Origin: Amoebidium appalachense
Taxonomy: Eukaryota > Protista > Ichthyosporea
Assembly: GCA_963693365.1 (NCBI GenBank)
Contig: CAVNZM010000004.1
Span: 7,911,093 to 7,975,092 of the forward strand
Reading direction: 5' to 3'
DNA length: 64,000 nucleotides
The position numbers and the translations under genes were made by a program. Below the pieces are notes generated by a model. It was not told the DNA's origin and did not search any database. It was given only the letters and a program-made list of their open reading frames with translations. Numbering within the stretch: position 1 is the first letter of the stretch; the number at the start of each line of letters is the position of its first letter. Shown here piece by piece: positions 61,440-64,000 of this stretch.

Positions 61440-61835
61440 AACATACACACCTATTGCACACATAGGAACCTACTGCAAATATACTTACCTATTGCACACA
61501 TATGTACCCAATGCACACATACGTACCTATTGCACACATCATCTGAGGTACCATGATCTAAGTACCTATAGCACACATGATGTACCTATTGCACCTATAC
61601 GTGCCTACTACACACATACTAAGTACCTACAGTATTGCACATACATACCTATTGCACACATCATATGGGGTACCTTTTGCAAATATAAGTTTCTAGTGCA
61701 GACATGATGTACCTATTGCACCTATACATACCTGCTACGCACATAGGTACCTACAGTATTGCAAATATGCGTACCTATTGCACACACACACACATACGTA
61801 CATGTTGCACACATAGGTACCTATTGCACACATGC
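61440..61835. repeat. Degenerate tandem repeat built on TACCTATTGCACACAT
   Basis: More than ten variant units at ~20-25 nt spacing between the two zinc-finger paralogues. Confidence 0.85.
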
Positions 61836-62532
61836 ACACTAGCCCCGCAAGCTGGAGCACTCAAACCTCACACTCCAAGACAAACGGAAAAAAAACAGTC
61901 AACACGTAAACACACCGTATACATGTTGCACAGGACAGTGATATTCATGCGCGACTTCCGGCACAAAGCCTACTGTATGTGTACGTGCACATGCATGTAC
62001 AAACCATCATTATGTCGACCTTCAAGCTTTATTGCCAGTAACCTATTCTACAAACTGATATATCAATTGATAGCTTATAATCTGCTACTGTACACTTCAT
62101 TCACTTCAACCCTAATCAAAACACCGTGTACATATAATATTTAATTCAAGATCATTGCGCGAAACTAAATCAGTCATGCAAACACTGTAGGCATATAAAT
62201 AGTGGTTACCTAGTAGTATTCGTAATGGTCACAAAGTACCCTTCTCTTCATAACCCAAAAACATGAAAGGTTGAATGGTTTAATGTACTGCACCCAATAA
62301 TATCGGCTCTCGCCTCTTAACTTCATACTCAGAACTAGACTTTACAAGACTACGGTAACGACTAATATAGTACCTACGCCGCAGACAAAATGTATTAGAT
62401 TGCTGTGTGTGCGTGTTTTGCAGAATCAAGAAACCGTCTACGGTTGTACGACTGTGTAGTATTGATTCGGATTCTTGTTTTTGTCAACGATCTCTAAAGG
62501 CGTGTGCAAGTGTGTGTGTACGTGTGCACGTG

Positions 62533-62613
<81 letters not shown>

Positions 62614-62894
62614 TTTCAACGGTGTGTGTGTATGTGTGTGTGATTGTGTTACAGTCTCTCTGGCGCTTGTGTGGTCTTAAGTACGAGAGATTGTACCTAT
62701 CCGCCTCCACCTTCTCCCCCCCCCCCCCCCCCCCCCCCCTCCCCTCCCCTCGTACATCAACATTTCTTGGCTGCATATTAGTAGTTTAAATATTAATAGA
62801 TATGCTAATTCATCTAACACCTTCGTTGCATATATGCATCTTGCAACAGCTATATGAATCATGATATTCAGACCCATGATGATAGCTGGCTGCC

Positions 62895-63030
62895 TCATTG
62901 CTCTGGTGAATTTGGCTGGGACATTGTAGCCATGAACTCTGAGCTCTTGAGCAGTTCGTAGTTTGCTTTGGTGACCTTCAGGTCATGCGCCACAGCCAGG
63001 TGGGCCTGAAGCGAACGCCAGGCCTCGTAT
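62895..63030 (-). CDS. Last exon of a tandem paralogue of the C2H2 zinc-finger gene; remainder lies beyond right edge
   Basis: 136-nt exon, same length and phase as 56660-56525: [44 protein letters not shown]. Flanking intron blocks 63031-63210 and 63805-64000 align with 56661-56845 and 57305-57500. Confidence 0.88.
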
Positions 63031-64000
63031 CTACACAAATAGGAGTTTTCTATTAGTTTTTACAGTCATACAATACACATAATAAAAAATTGTGAGAGGA
63101 GAAACAGAGCGACAAACACATACAGTTCATGATGTGAACAGTCGGTATTACCAACCAAAAGAGAAAGCAGCACAAGGGGAGCGAAAAACTTAACCCAGGC
63201 CCGAAAGGTCAAGAAAAGTTGTACGGGATAAGAAGAGGACTGGAAAAGATATGGGGATGTCCGCGTGGCTAGGAAGAGTTTGCGCGCGCGCGCGTGTGTG
63301 TATGTGTGTATGTGAGCGCGCGCACGTGCGTGTCTGTGCGCATGTATATGTGTGAGTGGGGGAACTAGGGGGGGGGGAAGGGGAGAAGAGAGCAAGATAG
63401 ACCGAGAGAGAAAGAGAGACGGAATGGGGAAGCGAGAGGGAGAAGGAGAGTGAAGGTGGGAAGGGAAAGATGGGGGGGAGGAACGGGGGAGAGGGGGAGG
63501 GAGAGAGCGGGGGGGAGAGGGGGAAAGAGGAGGAGATAGAGAAAAAGGAGAGCGAGGGAGAGAGAGAGAATAAAGTGAGAAAGAGAGAGAGAGAGAGCGG
63601 GAGGGAGAGAGAGGGAGGGAGAGGCAGGGAGCGATATAGAGAGATAGAGGGGGGAGGGGGGGGGGAGCTCGTGCAAAACCACAAGAGGAAAAAACAAGGT
63701 TTTTTTGAGGTTGTTTTTTGGGGTGAGCGTGTGTGTGTGTGGGGAGGGGGGAGAGGCGGGGGGAGGGAGGGGGGGGGGGGGGGGGGAAGGGAGTGGGGGA
63801 CAGGGCAAAAACGGTTCAAATGGATATCTCCGGCTCTGCACCTCCTCGTAGAAATACTAGGACAAACACACACAGAAAGTGAAAACAAAGAGGAAAGAAA
63901 GGGGACACACAGAAAGGAACCAAGTTAAGTAGCTGAAAATTGGTGCATTGATATAGGAAGGCACCCAAAGGGAAGACCACGAGCACATTGTCAAATAAAC

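Overview
Eukaryotic genomic DNA, probably from a microbial eukaryote (lineage not identifiable from sequence). It is intron-rich, and the introns are saturated with C/G homopolymer runs and (CA)n/(TG)n, (CT)n/(GA)n and (CACT)n microsatellites. Nearly all ORFs in the supplied track are repeat-derived artefacts. Reading splice sites and codon phases by hand gives six spliced genes: (1) the 5' part of an NRDE2 homologue (- strand, runs off the left edge); (2) a divergently transcribed 24-exon SAC-domain phosphoinositide phosphatase (~862 aa, Sac2/INPP5F-like); (3) an unknown ~440 aa membrane protein with N-terminal SHP-box-like and ubiquitin-binding-like motifs; (4) an 8-exon YqiA/YcfP-type alpha/beta hydrolase (- strand, one GC-AG intron); (5) a small C2H2 zinc-finger gene; (6) the last exon of its tandem paralogue. 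Highlights: many acceptors are pure (CA)n-CAG with no polypyrimidine tract and many donors are followed by C-runs, which may be a repeat-based splicing code. A copy of the hydrolase promoter and exon 1 sits, still open and spliceable, inside intron 1 of the zinc-finger gene. A 40-bp P-element-like micro-MITE has its empty site visible in that copy. There is also a TA-flanked MITE, a four-copy intronic repeat family and several unusual tandem arrays. All gene models are manual and lack transcript evidence.
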